Assembly (NCBI GenBank): GCA_902525735.1
Contig: CABZIF010000005.1
Location: 25,919 to 89,918, forward strand
Source: an uncultured SAR86 cluster bacterium
GTDB lineage: Bacteria; Pseudomonadota; Gammaproteobacteria; Magnimaribacterales; AG-339-G14
Length of the DNA: 64,000 bases
Direction: 5' to 3'
A program made the position numbers and the translations under genes. Below are positions 35,147-45,561 of the stretch, in pieces. The stretch's first letter is position 1, and each line of letters opens with the position of its first letter. The notes under the pieces were generated by a model. The model was not told the origin of the DNA. It did no database searches and saw only the letters and a program-made list of their open reading frames with translations.

Positions 35147-36433
35147 TTAAATTTCTTGATTAATTAGAATTGTGCTGGCGTTATCGGGTCCGGTGGAGAC
35201 AATATCGACAGGCACACCACAAACTTCTGATATTTTTTCTACGAAATTTTTTGCTTTCTTTGGGAAATCATCATAATTATTTATTCCCGCGGTTGGCTCA
35301 AGCCACCCTTCGATTTCAATATAAGAAGGATTGACATCTTCAAGTTCCATGCATTCTGCAAAGGCTTTTTTTGAATCATCTTCATCATAGCTAATGCATA
35401 TTTTTATATTTTCTAAACCGTCAAGAACATCAATTTTTGTTAAGCACAAAGCAGAGACGCTGTTTGATTGGATTATTCTCTTTACACTTACAGCATCAAA
35501 CCATCCACATCTTCTCGGCCTACCCGTTGTTGCACCAAATTCGCCTCCTTTTTTGGCAATCTCTTCTCCAAGGCTACCTTCTATTTCGGTTGGCATTGGG
35601 CCTTCGCCCACTCTTGTAACATAAGCTTTTACTACTCCAAGAATATAACCAACGTCTAAAGGACCGCAGCCTGCACCAGAGGCTATACCCGCTGGCGAGC
35701 AGTTGCTTGAAGTTACAAAAGGATAAGTTCCTTGATCCACATCTAATAGAGCACCTTGAGCTCCCTCAAATAGAATCCTTTTGTTTTTTTGATTCATCAT
35801 AAATATTTCATTGGAAACGTCTGCAAGCAATGGTGATAGCTTGTTTCCATATTCTAGATTCTTATCTTTGACTTCGTTAAAATCTAACTCTTTTTCTTCA
35901 AAATATTCTTTGAATAAAAAATTATAAAAAGACAAAGTTTCTTCAAGCTTTGAATTTAATTTAGTTTCAGAAAGCGTATCTATAATTCTTATCGCTTTTC
36001 TGCTTACTTTATCTTCATAAGCAGGTCCTATGCCTCTTAAGGTAGTACCGATGGTTGTAAAACTCTTGGATTTTTCTTTCAGTTGATCTAATACAATATG
36101 ATACGGTTGGATTAAGGTGCAAGCTGGACTAATTTTTAATCTGTCCAGTATTCCATTAGCAATTGGTTCTATCTCTTCTATTTCTGCAAAAAGAGCTTCG
36201 CAAGAAACAACAACTCCCCTTCCAATTAATGACCTTGCATTTTGATGACAGATAGAAGAAGGCAACAGATGCAAAACAAGTTTCTTTCCTTCTACTATAA
36301 GAGTATGGCCTGCATTATGACCTCCTTGATATCTACAAGCAGCATCTGCTCGATCCGAAAGAAAGTTAACTATTTTTCCTTTGCCCTCATCTCCCCATTG
36401 CAATCCTAGAACAGCAAGATTTTTAGCCTTCAT
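35147..36433 (-). CDS. purA: Adenylosuccinate synthetase
   Basis: GLQWGDEGKGKIV P-loop, GTTLRGIGPAYEDK, and TTGRPRRCGWFD. Confidence 0.97.
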   Translation of the reverse strand: MKAKNLAVLGLQWGDEGKGKIVNFLSDRADAACRYQGGHNAGHTLIVEGKKLVLHLLPSSICHQNARSLIGRGVVVSCEALFAEIEEIEPIANGILDRLKISPACTLIQPYHIVLDQLKEKSKSFTTIGTTLRGIGPAYEDKVSRKAIRIIDTLSETKLNSKLEETLSFYNFLFKEYFEEKELDFNEVKDKNLEYGNKLSPLLADVSNEIFMMNQKNKRILFEGAQGALLDVDQGTYPFVTSSNCSPAGIASGAGCGPLDVGYILGVVKAYVTRVGEGPMPTEIEGSLGEEIAKKGGEFGATTGRPRRCGWFDAVSVKRIIQSNSVSALCLTKIDVLDGLENIKICISYDEDDSKKAFAECMELEDVNPSYIEIEGWLEPTAGINNYDDFPKKAKNFVEKISEVCGVPVDIVSTGPDNASTILINQEI

Positions 36434-37386
36434 TTATCATTCTCTTTAATATTCAATAAAGAAATCAGGTCAATATCGAAACCTATAGCAGATCTCTTTT
36501 CTTCAGAATTTTTTTGATAAGAGTATTGTCCTCCATTTGCAATTGCAAATCCAAAATTTTGAGAATGAACCGAAAAAACTAAACCATGGTGATAATTAAA
36601 TCCAGGAAAATCAGTCATATCAATGTGAATGTTTTCATGATTTATTTTTTCTGTGATGGCCTTTAAGTTTTCTACCGAATTTTTAGCCAACTTACTAAAA
36701 CTACATATCTTTTCTAAACATTGGATGTCTCCGTATGAATGCATCAAAATAATTATTTTTTCTAAAGATTTTTTATCTACTTTATTTAAATCACTCCACT
36801 CAATTAAGTTTGATTCAGATTTATCAGAAATAATTTCTCTAAGTTTTTTTTCTTTAATTTCCGGTAAATTTTCATCTTTAATTATCTCATCTAAAACTTC
36901 TGTTCTTCCTAAAGACAAACAAGAGGAAGTCAAACCAACCAAATCAAGGCTTTCAAGAAGTAAATCTATTATTTCTATTTCAGAACTGTCTGAGCCAAAG
37001 ATTTCTACACCTGATTTTATAGCTAAAATAGACTTAGCAAATGAGTCTTTTCTTTTTTTAATTACTTCTCCAGCGTAACAATATTTTTTGATCTTTTCTG
37101 AATTATTCGCTTGGTCTATTCGAGCTATTTGTTGAGAAATATCAGGTCTGATTGCAATATCGCCTAAAATAGAATTGTCTGAAAAAGTAAATGCTCTTTT
37201 TTTTAATTCTGAGTTTACTTCTCCTCCAATGGCATCGGCAAACTCGATAACAGAAGGATAAACTAAGCTAAATCCTTTTTGAGAGTAGAGATCGATTAAA
37301 GTTCTTCTAAGATTTTCTAATTCTAATGCTCGCTCAGAGAGTATGTCTTCCACCCCACCGGGAAGATTAAAATAACCTGATGTCAT
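36430..37386 (-). CDS. hisZ: ATP phosphoribosyltransferase regulatory subunit (HisRS paralog)
   Basis: LPGGVEDILSERALELENLRRTLIDLYSQKGF is HisZ/HisS-like class II core. It sits between hflC and purA, as in Pseudomonas. At 318 aa it is shorter than typical. Confidence 0.78.
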   Translation of the reverse strand: MTSGYFNLPGGVEDILSERALELENLRRTLIDLYSQKGFSLVYPSVIEFADAIGGEVNSELKKRAFTFSDNSILGDIAIRPDISQQIARIDQANNSEKIKKYCYAGEVIKKRKDSFAKSILAIKSGVEIFGSDSSEIEIIDLLLESLDLVGLTSSCLSLGRTEVLDEIIKDENLPEIKEKKLREIISDKSESNLIEWSDLNKVDKKSLEKIIILMHSYGDIQCLEKICSFSKLAKNSVENLKAITEKINHENIHIDMTDFPGFNYHHGLVFSVHSQNFGFAIANGGQYSYQKNSEEKRSAIGFDIDLISLLNIKENDK

Positions 37387-37388
37387 AA

Positions 37389-38276
37389 TTATTCGCTTTT
37401 GGAAGTACCGAAAGAGCTATCAAGATATTTAAAGAAATCACTTTCGGGATCAATCAATAAAACATCTGATTTGTTTTCAAATGTTGACTGATAAGCAGAT
37501 AAACTCCTGGTGAATTCATAAAATTCTGGGTTTTTATTAAATGCCTTTGCATAGGTGCTCGTGGCTTCCGCATCGCCTTCACCTTTGATAATTTCAGCAG
37601 TTTTATAAGCATCCGCTAGAATAACGGTCCTTTCTTTATCGGCGTTCGCTCTAATTTCTTCCGCAATTTCATTTCCTTCAGCTCTAAGTTCCTGCGCAAG
37701 CCTTTCTCTTTCAGTTCTCATTCGATTATAAACAGAATCATTCACCTCTGTAGGTAATTCTATTTTTTTTACTCTAACGTCAATTACTTCAACGCCAAGT
37801 TCGGAATTTGCTACTTTGTTTAAATCTGCTGTTAACACACTCATCAATTGATCTCTTTCACCAGAGATAACATCTTGGACAGTTCTTTTACCGAATTGGT
37901 TCCTCAGACCCTCATCCACACGTTGGGTAAGCAGTGTTCTAAGTGCACTCAATTGTCCACCTGATGATGTTATATAAAATTGTTCGTTATCACTTATTCT
38001 CCACTTTACAAAAGCATCTACGATGAGTCTTTTCTTTTCTTCAGTAAAGTAAGGTTGTGGAATGGCATCTAAAGTTAAAACCCTTGAGTCAAATTTTCTC
38101 ACAGTATTTAAAATAGGCACTTTAAAATGTAAACCTGATTCAATTTTGGGATCAATAATTTCTCCAAATCTAAGGAGAATTGCGGTTTGTTTGTCAGTAA
38201 CAATGTAAAGGCTATTAGCAAGTAAAATTACTAAAGCTAGTATGGCGATAACGAATCCTATTCCAAAAGATCTCAT
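37389..38276 (-). CDS. hflC: FtsH protease modulator HflC (SPFH/band 7)
   Basis: N-terminal TM, an SPFH domain, and position after hflK. Confidence 0.93.
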   Translation of the reverse strand: MRSFGIGFVIAILALVILLANSLYIVTDKQTAILLRFGEIIDPKIESGLHFKVPILNTVRKFDSRVLTLDAIPQPYFTEEKKRLIVDAFVKWRISDNEQFYITSSGGQLSALRTLLTQRVDEGLRNQFGKRTVQDVISGERDQLMSVLTADLNKVANSELGVEVIDVRVKKIELPTEVNDSVYNRMRTERERLAQELRAEGNEIAEEIRANADKERTVILADAYKTAEIIKGEGDAEATSTYAKAFNKNPEFYEFTRSLSAYQSTFENKSDVLLIDPESDFFKYLDSSFGTSKSE

Positions 38277-38279
38277 AGA

Positions 38280-39422
38280 TTATCTCCTTTCCTGTCTTTT
38301 TCTGATTTCTTCGATAACTTGATCGGTCAAGTTTTGAATTGCATTTCCGGATAATGCTCCTGAATCAGTTTCAACTTCATTATTTTGATTGCTTCTTGCA
38401 ATTGATGCAGCTGCAACTTGATCAAGTGGCAACATCATTATGTTATTTCCATCTTTAACATCGATCATAACTTTCGTACTGTTCGACATCACTGATTGAA
38501 CTGCATCGATATAAAGACGTTTTCTTGTTACATCAGGAGCTTTGGAATATTCTTTAAGCAATTGATCAAATCTTGTTGCTTCACCTTCTGCTTCAGCAAT
38601 AACTTTAGCTTTGTAACCTTCAGCGTCTTGTATGGCTCTTTTAGCAGCACCACGAGCAATTGGCACAACTTCATTTGCATAAGTTTCGGCTTCATTTCTT
38701 AGAGTGACTTCATCTTCTCTAGCTTTAACAACATCGTCAAATGCTTCTTTCACAGCTTCCGGCGGTCTTGACTCTCTAATGCTGACGGTAACAACTTCTA
38801 TTCCGGTGAAGTAAGCATTAAGTCTCTCTTGCAATCTTTTTCTAACATCAATGGCAATTTGCTCTCTACCTGTAGTCAAAACATTATCCATAGAGTTACT
38901 TCCAACTACATGCCTAAGAGCAGATTCTGATGCTTGAGCAATGCTATCTTCAGGAGATGCAGCTTCAAGGAGATAAAAAACTGGATTAGATCTTTTATAT
39001 TGAACTGCGGTTTCAACATTCACAATGTTCTCGTCTTTTGTAAGAATTGAAGAATTAGTAGTGTGAGTGAACAATTTTTCTGTATTAACTATAAATCTGT
39101 TATCAATGAATGGTGGATTCCAATGAATACCTGGCCCCTTAGTGGTTGAATATTTTCCAAATCTTAAAATAACTGCCTCTTCTTGAGCGTCAACTGTGTA
39201 AATCCCCAATGCAGAATAAAGCACTATTAAAACTACTAAAGCCGAAGGTAATATTTTCTTAAAAGACGGAGAACTTCCTGAGGAATCTCCACCTCCGCTT
39301 CCACCAACAAATGAACCTATTAAGGATTTAAATTTTTTTATGGCTTCATCAATATCAGGGGCGTCGTTTTTATTCCCCCAAGGATCTCTTGAACCATTTT
39401 TTCCATTATCATTCCAAGACAT
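38280..39422 (-). CDS. hflK: FtsH protease modulator HflK (SPFH/band 7)
   Basis: MSWNDNGKNGSRDPWGN Gly/Ser-rich N-terminus, a TM, and an SPFH domain. Confidence 0.93.
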   Translation of the reverse strand: MSWNDNGKNGSRDPWGNKNDAPDIDEAIKKFKSLIGSFVGGSGGGDSSGSSPSFKKILPSALVVLIVLYSALGIYTVDAQEEAVILRFGKYSTTKGPGIHWNPPFIDNRFIVNTEKLFTHTTNSSILTKDENIVNVETAVQYKRSNPVFYLLEAASPEDSIAQASESALRHVVGSNSMDNVLTTGREQIAIDVRKRLQERLNAYFTGIEVVTVSIRESRPPEAVKEAFDDVVKAREDEVTLRNEAETYANEVVPIARGAAKRAIQDAEGYKAKVIAEAEGEATRFDQLLKEYSKAPDVTRKRLYIDAVQSVMSNSTKVMIDVKDGNNIMMLPLDQVAAASIARSNQNNEVETDSGALSGNAIQNLTDQVIEEIRKRQERR

Positions 39423-39462
39423 GTGGGTATTCTAAGGCTTTCATGTTAAGAATGGAACTTAA

Positions 39463-40380
39463 CTATTCTAAATAATTTAGAATCTTTATAACCATATTCG
39501 ATTGATTCGCAAAAAAAGTTTCTTTAATTTCAAACTTTTTCAACCAAGTAATTTGTCTTTTTGAAAGTTGATAGTTAGCGTTAGTGGCTCTTTCTATCAT
39601 TTCTTCCTTAGAAATTTTTCCGTCTAAGTGATCTACAATTTGTTTGTATCCGACTGAACCGAGAACTTTTATATTTTTTGAAAAATTATCGATTAAATAT
39701 TTTGTTTCTTCTATAAGACCTTCATCTAACATTTTTAGAAATCTCTCTTTCAAGTTTTTTTTAAATAACTTTTTGTCTTCGGGGACGATTGCAAAGTTTA
39801 AAAAGTCTCTATTTAGAAAGGGATTAAGTGAGTTCTCTTTAAGCTCGGTATGAGTTTTTCCAGTAAGCATATAAATTTCTAAGGATCTTTTTATTCTTTG
39901 CTGATCGTTTACGTGAATATTTTTTGCAGCTTCTTTATCTATTTTTTGAAGCTTATGAAATAAATGTTTGAGTCCTAGCTTTTTTTGTTCTTCATCGAGT
40001 TTTTTTCTTACTTTTGGATCGTTTTCAGGCAACTCTGAAATTCCATTGAACAAAGAGTGGAAATACATCATTGACCCTCCGACAAGAATCACAGATTTAT
40101 TCCTTTTATCAAGAGAGCCAATAATTTTTAAAATATCATTCCTAAAATTACCTACAGAATAAGAATCCGTAGGCTCCAAGAAGTTAATCAAATGATGCGG
40201 ATAATCTCTTAAATTATTTGCACTTAATTTATTACTCCCAATATTTGCATGCTTATATATTTGAACTGAATCAACCGAGATAATTTCCGCATCTAGTCTC
40301 TGAGAAAGTTCAATAGCCAAGGACGTTTTGCCGGTATTAGTAGGCCCAATGATTGAAATGATAGGTTTTATGGTTTCCAC
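39463..40380 (-). CDS. miaA: tRNA dimethylallyltransferase
   Basis: P-loop IIGPTNTGKTSLAIEL, then DSVQIYK, with a collinear IPPT family pattern. Confidence 0.93.
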   Translation of the reverse strand: METIKPIISIIGPTNTGKTSLAIELSQRLDAEIISVDSVQIYKHANIGSNKLSANNLRDYPHHLINFLEPTDSYSVGNFRNDILKIIGSLDKRNKSVILVGGSMMYFHSLFNGISELPENDPKVRKKLDEEQKKLGLKHLFHKLQKIDKEAAKNIHVNDQQRIKRSLEIYMLTGKTHTELKENSLNPFLNRDFLNFAIVPEDKKLFKKNLKERFLKMLDEGLIEETKYLIDNFSKNIKVLGSVGYKQIVDHLDGKISKEEMIERATNANYQLSKRQITWLKKFEIKETFFANQSNMVIKILNYLE

Positions 40381-40463
40381 AATTTAATTTATCTTGAGTT
40401 CTAATTGATATAAATGATAACTTAGAATCAAAACGATATTAAAAAAGCTTTTGGGAGAGAAAT

Positions 40464-42086
40464 ATGGAAATGCATTTTGCGAGTGTTTGGGAAACTATTT
40501 CAGATCATATACCTGATGAACCTGCTTTGATTTGCGAAGACAACATCAAAAGCTGGAAAGAATATGAAGAAAGAGCTGCTAGGTTAGCAAATTTTCTAAA
40601 TGAAAAATCAATTACCAATAATTCTAAAGTTGGACTCTATCTTCACAATTCTAATGAATATCTTGAGGCTCAATTTGCAACCTTTAAATTAGAAGGAGTC
40701 CCAATAAATGTTAACTACAGATATGTCGAAGAGGAACTTATTTATTTGTTAGATAATTCAGACTCTGAAGCTGTCTTTTTTCAAAGCTCTTACGCTGAGA
40801 GAATAAAAAAAATAGCTGATCGATTGCCTAACATAAAGGCTTTTATTCAAGTGGGTGGCAAAGAACCTTTAGATTTAGAAAATTGTTACATGTATGAAGA
40901 AATAATTTCTCAAAACCTTCCTCTAGAAAGGAAAATCAGAAGCGAAGACAACATTTATATGCTTTATACAGGCGGGACTACTGGCATGCCAAAAGGGGTA
41001 ATGTATAAGCAAGGTGCTTTTATGAACTCCCTTTTAAAAACTGCATTTGCCATGGGTTTTGATGTTCCAGAAAGTCACCTTGATATATCGAAGACCGTTA
41101 TTGAGCTTTCATCCAAAGGCACATTATCAAAAACCATCGTGGCTTGCCCACTTATGCATGGAACAGGTATGTGGCTAGGTGCCTTGGTTCCATTTTTTTC
41201 GGGGGGTAGTTGCGTTACTATTCCTCAACTAGGCTTCGATCCAGATCTTTTGTTGCAGAAAGTTCAAGATCAAAAAATTAATAATATTGTGATTGTTGGC
41301 GATGCTTTTGCTCGGCCTATTTTAGAGTCCCTTAACAAAGCCAAAAATGAAGGTATGCCTTACGATCTATCTTCTTTGAGAAGCATGATTTCAAGTGGAG
41401 TAATGTGGAGCGCTGAAGTCAAAGAAGGATTGTTGGATCATGCTGATATAACTCTAATTGATGCTATGGGTTCTTCTGAAGGCGGGATGGGCTCTGCTGT
41501 TTCCAATAGAGAAAACCCTGCTAAGACTGCAAAATTTTCAATCAATCCCGGTGTAATTGTAGTTAGTGATGAAGGCGAAGAAGTTGAACCTGGATCCGGT
41601 CAAATGGGAAAAATAGGCACATCTGGACTGGTTCCTGAAGGTTATTACAAAGATCAAAAAAAATCTGACGAAACTTTTAAGGTATATAAAGGAGTGAGGT
41701 ATAGTTTTCCTGGCGACTATGCAACTGTCGACGCTGACGGAACTATAAAATTATTAGGAAGGGGGAGTAATTGTATAAATACTGCGGGAGAAAAGGTTTA
41801 TCCTGAAGAAGTTGAAGAGGCTTTAAAAAAACATACTCAAATAATTGATTCTCTGGTAGTTGGTGTTGAAGATAAAAAGTTTGGCCAAAAAGTTGTAGCA
41901 GTTGTTTCGTCGGAAGAATCGAATCTTAATGCTGACGAATTAGTAAATTTTGCGAGATCTCATTTGTCAGGATATAAATTACCGAAAGAAGTTATTTTTG
42001 TCGATGAAGTAAAAAGAGCTCCCAATGGAAAAGCAAATTACAAATGGGCCAAAGAAACAGCTGATAAATATATGCAAAGCTTATAA
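40464..42086 (+). CDS. AMP-dependent acyl-CoA synthetase/ligase
   Basis: AMP-binding signature YTGGTTGMPKGV and C-terminal GYKLPKEVIFVDEVKRAPNGK. The substrate cannot be determined. Confidence 0.85.
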   Translation: MEMHFASVWETISDHIPDEPALICEDNIKSWKEYEERAARLANFLNEKSITNNSKVGLYLHNSNEYLEAQFATFKLEGVPINVNYRYVEEELIYLLDNSDSEAVFFQSSYAERIKKIADRLPNIKAFIQVGGKEPLDLENCYMYEEIISQNLPLERKIRSEDNIYMLYTGGTTGMPKGVMYKQGAFMNSLLKTAFAMGFDVPESHLDISKTVIELSSKGTLSKTIVACPLMHGTGMWLGALVPFFSGGSCVTIPQLGFDPDLLLQKVQDQKINNIVIVGDAFARPILESLNKAKNEGMPYDLSSLRSMISSGVMWSAEVKEGLLDHADITLIDAMGSSEGGMGSAVSNRENPAKTAKFSINPGVIVVSDEGEEVEPGSGQMGKIGTSGLVPEGYYKDQKKSDETFKVYKGVRYSFPGDYATVDADGTIKLLGRGSNCINTAGEKVYPEEVEEALKKHTQIIDSLVVGVEDKKFGQKVVAVVSSEESNLNADELVNFARSHLSGYKLPKEVIFVDEVKRAPNGKANYKWAKETADKYMQSL

Positions 42087-42419
42087 AGCTTCTTCTCCTT
42101 GTTCGCCAGTTCTTATTCTCACCACGTCATCTAGAGAATAGACGAAAATTTTTCCATCGCCAACTTTGCCAGTATTGGCTACCCCACGAATGGCCTCTAT
42201 TACGTTATCTACTTCTGAGTCTGCAACTGCTAGTTCTATTTTCATTTTAGGAAGAAAATCAACTTTATATTCGGTTCCACGGTAAAGTTCGGTTTGGCCT
42301 TTTTGCCTTCCAAAACCCTTGACTTCAGAAATGGTCATACCTGACGCTTCGGCATCACCTAAGGCTGCACGTACATCTTCTAATTTTATTGGTTTTACAA
42401 TCGCAACAATAAATTTCAA
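42081..42419 (-). CDS. glnB: Nitrogen regulatory protein P-II
   Basis: 112 aa with T-loop GFGRQKGQTELYRGTEYKVDF (the Tyr51 site is present). It has a TTG start preceded by GAGGAAGAG. No adjacent amtB. Confidence 0.92.
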   Translation of the reverse strand: MKFIVAIVKPIKLEDVRAALGDAEASGMTISEVKGFGRQKGQTELYRGTEYKVDFLPKMKIELAVADSEVDNVIEAIRGVANTGKVGDGKIFVYSLDDVVRIRTGEQGEEAL

Positions 42420-42506
42420 ATCTTTCTCTTCCTCTAAAGATTAATAGTTATTGGGGGTATAAGCGCATATTACTCTTAAATTTCGATGTATTCAAAGAAT
42501 TTAAAA

Positions 42507-43772
42507 CTAATTTATAAATTCCATAATTTTCTCAACTGATCTATTTACTGAACCTTGTTGAGAAGTAATATATTTAGTGCTTTTTTCTTTTATCAATTCA
42601 ATATTTTCTTTTTCAAAAGCTGCTTGCCAAATCATCGCAATTTCTTTTGCATCATTCCCACGTTTTAAAATATTTAATTCACGCAATTTATCGGCAATTT
42701 CTTGAAAGTTATAAACACTATCTCCTGAAGAAATTGGAATACCATACTTTACCGGCTCTAAAAAATTTTGACCTCCATGCTCTATGAGTGTTCCCCCAAT
42801 AAAAGCAAGGTGAGAAATTGAATAGAGAAAATTTAGATGTCCAATTTCATTAACAATTGTCACTTTGTTATTGAGATCTAAAAATTTAGTTTCGTTGTTA
42901 TTCAAGAGAGCAAAGGAAACACCTTCTTTAAACAAAAATTTTGAGATCTCAATAGCTCTTTCTGGGTGTCTGGGAACTAAAACTAAATGCGTCGATTCGT
43001 CATTCAGGATCTGAAAACTGTCAAGCAAAATTTCATCTTCTTTTGGATGGGTACTAGCACAGGTAATTATTTTTTTTTCTTCAATCAAATTTTCATCGTA
43101 AGAGAATGTACTTTCTAATGAATCAAAATCTATAGCATCAAATTTTAGCGAAGAATCAACATAAATATTATTTGGATTTGCTCCAAGAGTAGTGAAGTTT
43201 TCTTTATCTCGATCTGTTTGAGCGATGATCATATCTATTTTGGAAAAGGTTTTTTTTGATAAGTTTTTAAGTTTTTGGTAGTTAACTAGAGATTTAGTTG
43301 AAAGACGACCATTTAATAAAAGAACAGGGATTTTTTTGTTTGAGCATTGATGGATTAAATTTGGCCAGATTTCTGTTTCAATCAGAATCAAACAATCTGG
43401 TTTCCAGAAGCGCAAGAATTTATTTACGAAATAAAAAATATCAAAAGGTAAGTATTGATGAAAAACTTCCTCTTTAAAAATTTGCTTTAATCTATTTGAA
43501 CCCGTCTGTGTTGTGGTGGTTACAAGAATATTAGCGTTTGGAGTTATTTTTTTTAATTTTTTAATTAAATTAATTGAGGTGTTTACTTCACCAACTGATA
43601 CGGCATGCAACCAAAAAGTTTTCTTATTGTGATCAAATTCAGGAAGTTTGAATTGTCCAAGCCTCTCAAATATTCTTTTAAATTCTTCAAAAGAAAAATT
43701 CTTTTTATAAAATAATCTTATAAGAGCAATAGGTAAATAAAAAAAAGTTAATAAATTGTAAAAAAAGATCAT
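42507..43772 (-). CDS. waaA: 3-deoxy-D-manno-octulosonic acid (Kdo) transferase
   Basis: WLHAVSVGEVNT motif (cf. E. coli WLHSVSVGE), 421 aa, N-terminal membrane anchor. Confidence 0.9.
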   Translation of the reverse strand: MIFFYNLLTFFYLPIALIRLFYKKNFSFEEFKRIFERLGQFKLPEFDHNKKTFWLHAVSVGEVNTSINLIKKLKKITPNANILVTTTTQTGSNRLKQIFKEEVFHQYLPFDIFYFVNKFLRFWKPDCLILIETEIWPNLIHQCSNKKIPVLLLNGRLSTKSLVNYQKLKNLSKKTFSKIDMIIAQTDRDKENFTTLGANPNNIYVDSSLKFDAIDFDSLESTFSYDENLIEEKKIITCASTHPKEDEILLDSFQILNDESTHLVLVPRHPERAIEISKFLFKEGVSFALLNNNETKFLDLNNKVTIVNEIGHLNFLYSISHLAFIGGTLIEHGGQNFLEPVKYGIPISSGDSVYNFQEIADKLRELNILKRGNDAKEIAMIWQAAFEKENIELIKEKSTKYITSQQGSVNRSVEKIMEFIN

Positions 43773-43833
43773 TAGAGTGATTTTAGACTAAATAGGATAA
43801 TGTTATAAATATAGAGTTTTATAAACAGCAATA

Positions 43834-44724
43834 ATGAAATTCATAGAATACTCAATTTACTTTCTACTAAAAATTCTCAGCGTGCTGCCTCGAAAATTTA
43901 AATTTCTTCTGGGAAAATTTTTGGGTTTTATTTTTTTTTCGCTTTCAAGAGAAAGAAAAGAAATTGCTAGATGGAATTTAAAAAAATGTTTTCCTGAAAA
44001 AGACCCAACAGAAATTAATTCAATTTTAAAAGCAAGTTTTTACAGACTCGGTGAGTCTTTATTTGAATTTTTAGATGCATTTTGGATGTCTGACAGGAAA
44101 CTGAAAAAATTATTATTAAATTTCGATGATGTTCAAGATGCGTGTTCTGAGATGGATGACTCAAGAGGAAAACTTTTATTATTCATGCACAATCCTAACC
44201 TTGACTTGGTTGTAAGAGCATCATCGTTATTCATGCCTGTTTCTGGAATGGCCAGAAGACAAAGTAATGAAATTGTTGATAACTTATTTAAAGCAAGTAG
44301 GGAAAAATTTACAGAAAGAATTTTTAATCCTAGAGAAATTTTGGAACTTATGAATTTTTTAAAAAAAGGCAAAGCTTGTTTATATGCGCCAGATCAGGAT
44401 TATGGATTTAAAAATTCTATCTTTATAGACTTCTTTGGAAACAAGGCATTAACTGTGAAATTTCCTTACATAGCTGTTAGAAGAACTAACTGTGATGTCT
44501 ACTTATTTTCACTAGAAAAAAAGGATCAAAAATATTTTGCAGATTTTAAAAAGTTAAACGTTTTTGGAAAAAATTTAAAAGAAGATTTAAGAACTATAAA
44601 CTTTGAAATAGAAGAGTTAATTAGAAAAAATCCAGACAATTATTTATGGTCGCATCGACGATTTAAAAATAGACCCCAAGGGGAAGAATCTTTTTATCCT
44701 TATAATTTGCTAAGAAAAAGATAG
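43834..44724 (+). CDS. lpxL: Lipid A biosynthesis late acyltransferase (LpxL/HtrB family)
   Basis: 296 aa with an N-terminal TM, LpxL-family length and pattern (HNPNLD region, YAPDQD), and a position divergent from waaA. Confidence 0.8.
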   Translation: MKFIEYSIYFLLKILSVLPRKFKFLLGKFLGFIFFSLSRERKEIARWNLKKCFPEKDPTEINSILKASFYRLGESLFEFLDAFWMSDRKLKKLLLNFDDVQDACSEMDDSRGKLLLFMHNPNLDLVVRASSLFMPVSGMARRQSNEIVDNLFKASREKFTERIFNPREILELMNFLKKGKACLYAPDQDYGFKNSIFIDFFGNKALTVKFPYIAVRRTNCDVYLFSLEKKDQKYFADFKKLNVFGKNLKEDLRTINFEIEELIRKNPDNYLWSHRRFKNRPQGEESFYPYNLLRKR

Positions 44725-45561
44725 ATCACATCGCAAGTTATCTATCAATCTAACTCCTTTAAAGTGAACCGCAATCGCAATGAGCAAATCGGTGTCGTCT
44801 TTCTTGGATTTTTCTAAATTTTTGGCATTAATAATTTCCAAATAATCAATTTCAAAGTCTTTATCTTCAAATTTATTTTTATATTCTTCACAGATCATCA
44901 AAGCGCCCATTGAAAGGTCTTTTGAAGAATCGAAACGAACTTGTCTCAGTTGATCAGCTATTTCTTGTAGATACTTATAAATAATTGACGCATCTTTTTG
45001 TTCACTTTGGGTTAAATAATTATTTCTAGACGACATCGCAAGTCCATTTTCATCTCTGACTGTTTCACCAACAACTAATTTTGTGGATAGCTTATTCTCT
45101 TTTAAATGATTATGGATAATTAGTTGTTGTTGAAAATCCTTTTGCCCAAAAAAACAATATTCTGGTTTTATTAATTCAAAAAAGCGATTCACTATCGTTA
45201 TTACTCCATCAAAATGCCCAGGTCTTTTCTTTGCGCATAAAAAGTTTGAATATGGAGCTTTTAATTTTTTTATTCCCTCTAATATTTCCGATTTTTCCGG
45301 AAGAAACAGAAACTCACATTTTTCTTTTTCAAGGCTTTCTTTATCTTGCTTGATAGTTCTAGGGTATGTTTCAAAATCTTCTTTTGGACCGAACTGAAGA
45401 GGATTAACAAAAATAGTTACCAAAGGACTTAACTGCAAGTTAATTGATTGTTTAACTAAGCTTAGATGACCTTCATGTAAATTTCCCATAGTTGGAATTA
45501 AAGCGATCGGTCTTTTTTTATTGATAATTTTTAAGTCGTCAATCTTTTTGATAACTTTCAC
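44710..45561 (-). CDS. panC: Pantoate--beta-alanine ligase
   Basis: PTMGNLHEGHLSLV (HIGH-type) and FGQKDFQQ. It has a GTG start overlapping the panB stop. Confidence 0.93.
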   Translation of the reverse strand: MKVIKKIDDLKIINKKRPIALIPTMGNLHEGHLSLVKQSINLQLSPLVTIFVNPLQFGPKEDFETYPRTIKQDKESLEKEKCEFLFLPEKSEILEGIKKLKAPYSNFLCAKKRPGHFDGVITIVNRFFELIKPEYCFFGQKDFQQQLIIHNHLKENKLSTKLVVGETVRDENGLAMSSRNNYLTQSEQKDASIIYKYLQEIADQLRQVRFDSSKDLSMGALMICEEYKNKFEDKDFEIDYLEIINAKNLEKSKKDDTDLLIAIAVHFKGVRLIDNLRCDLSFS

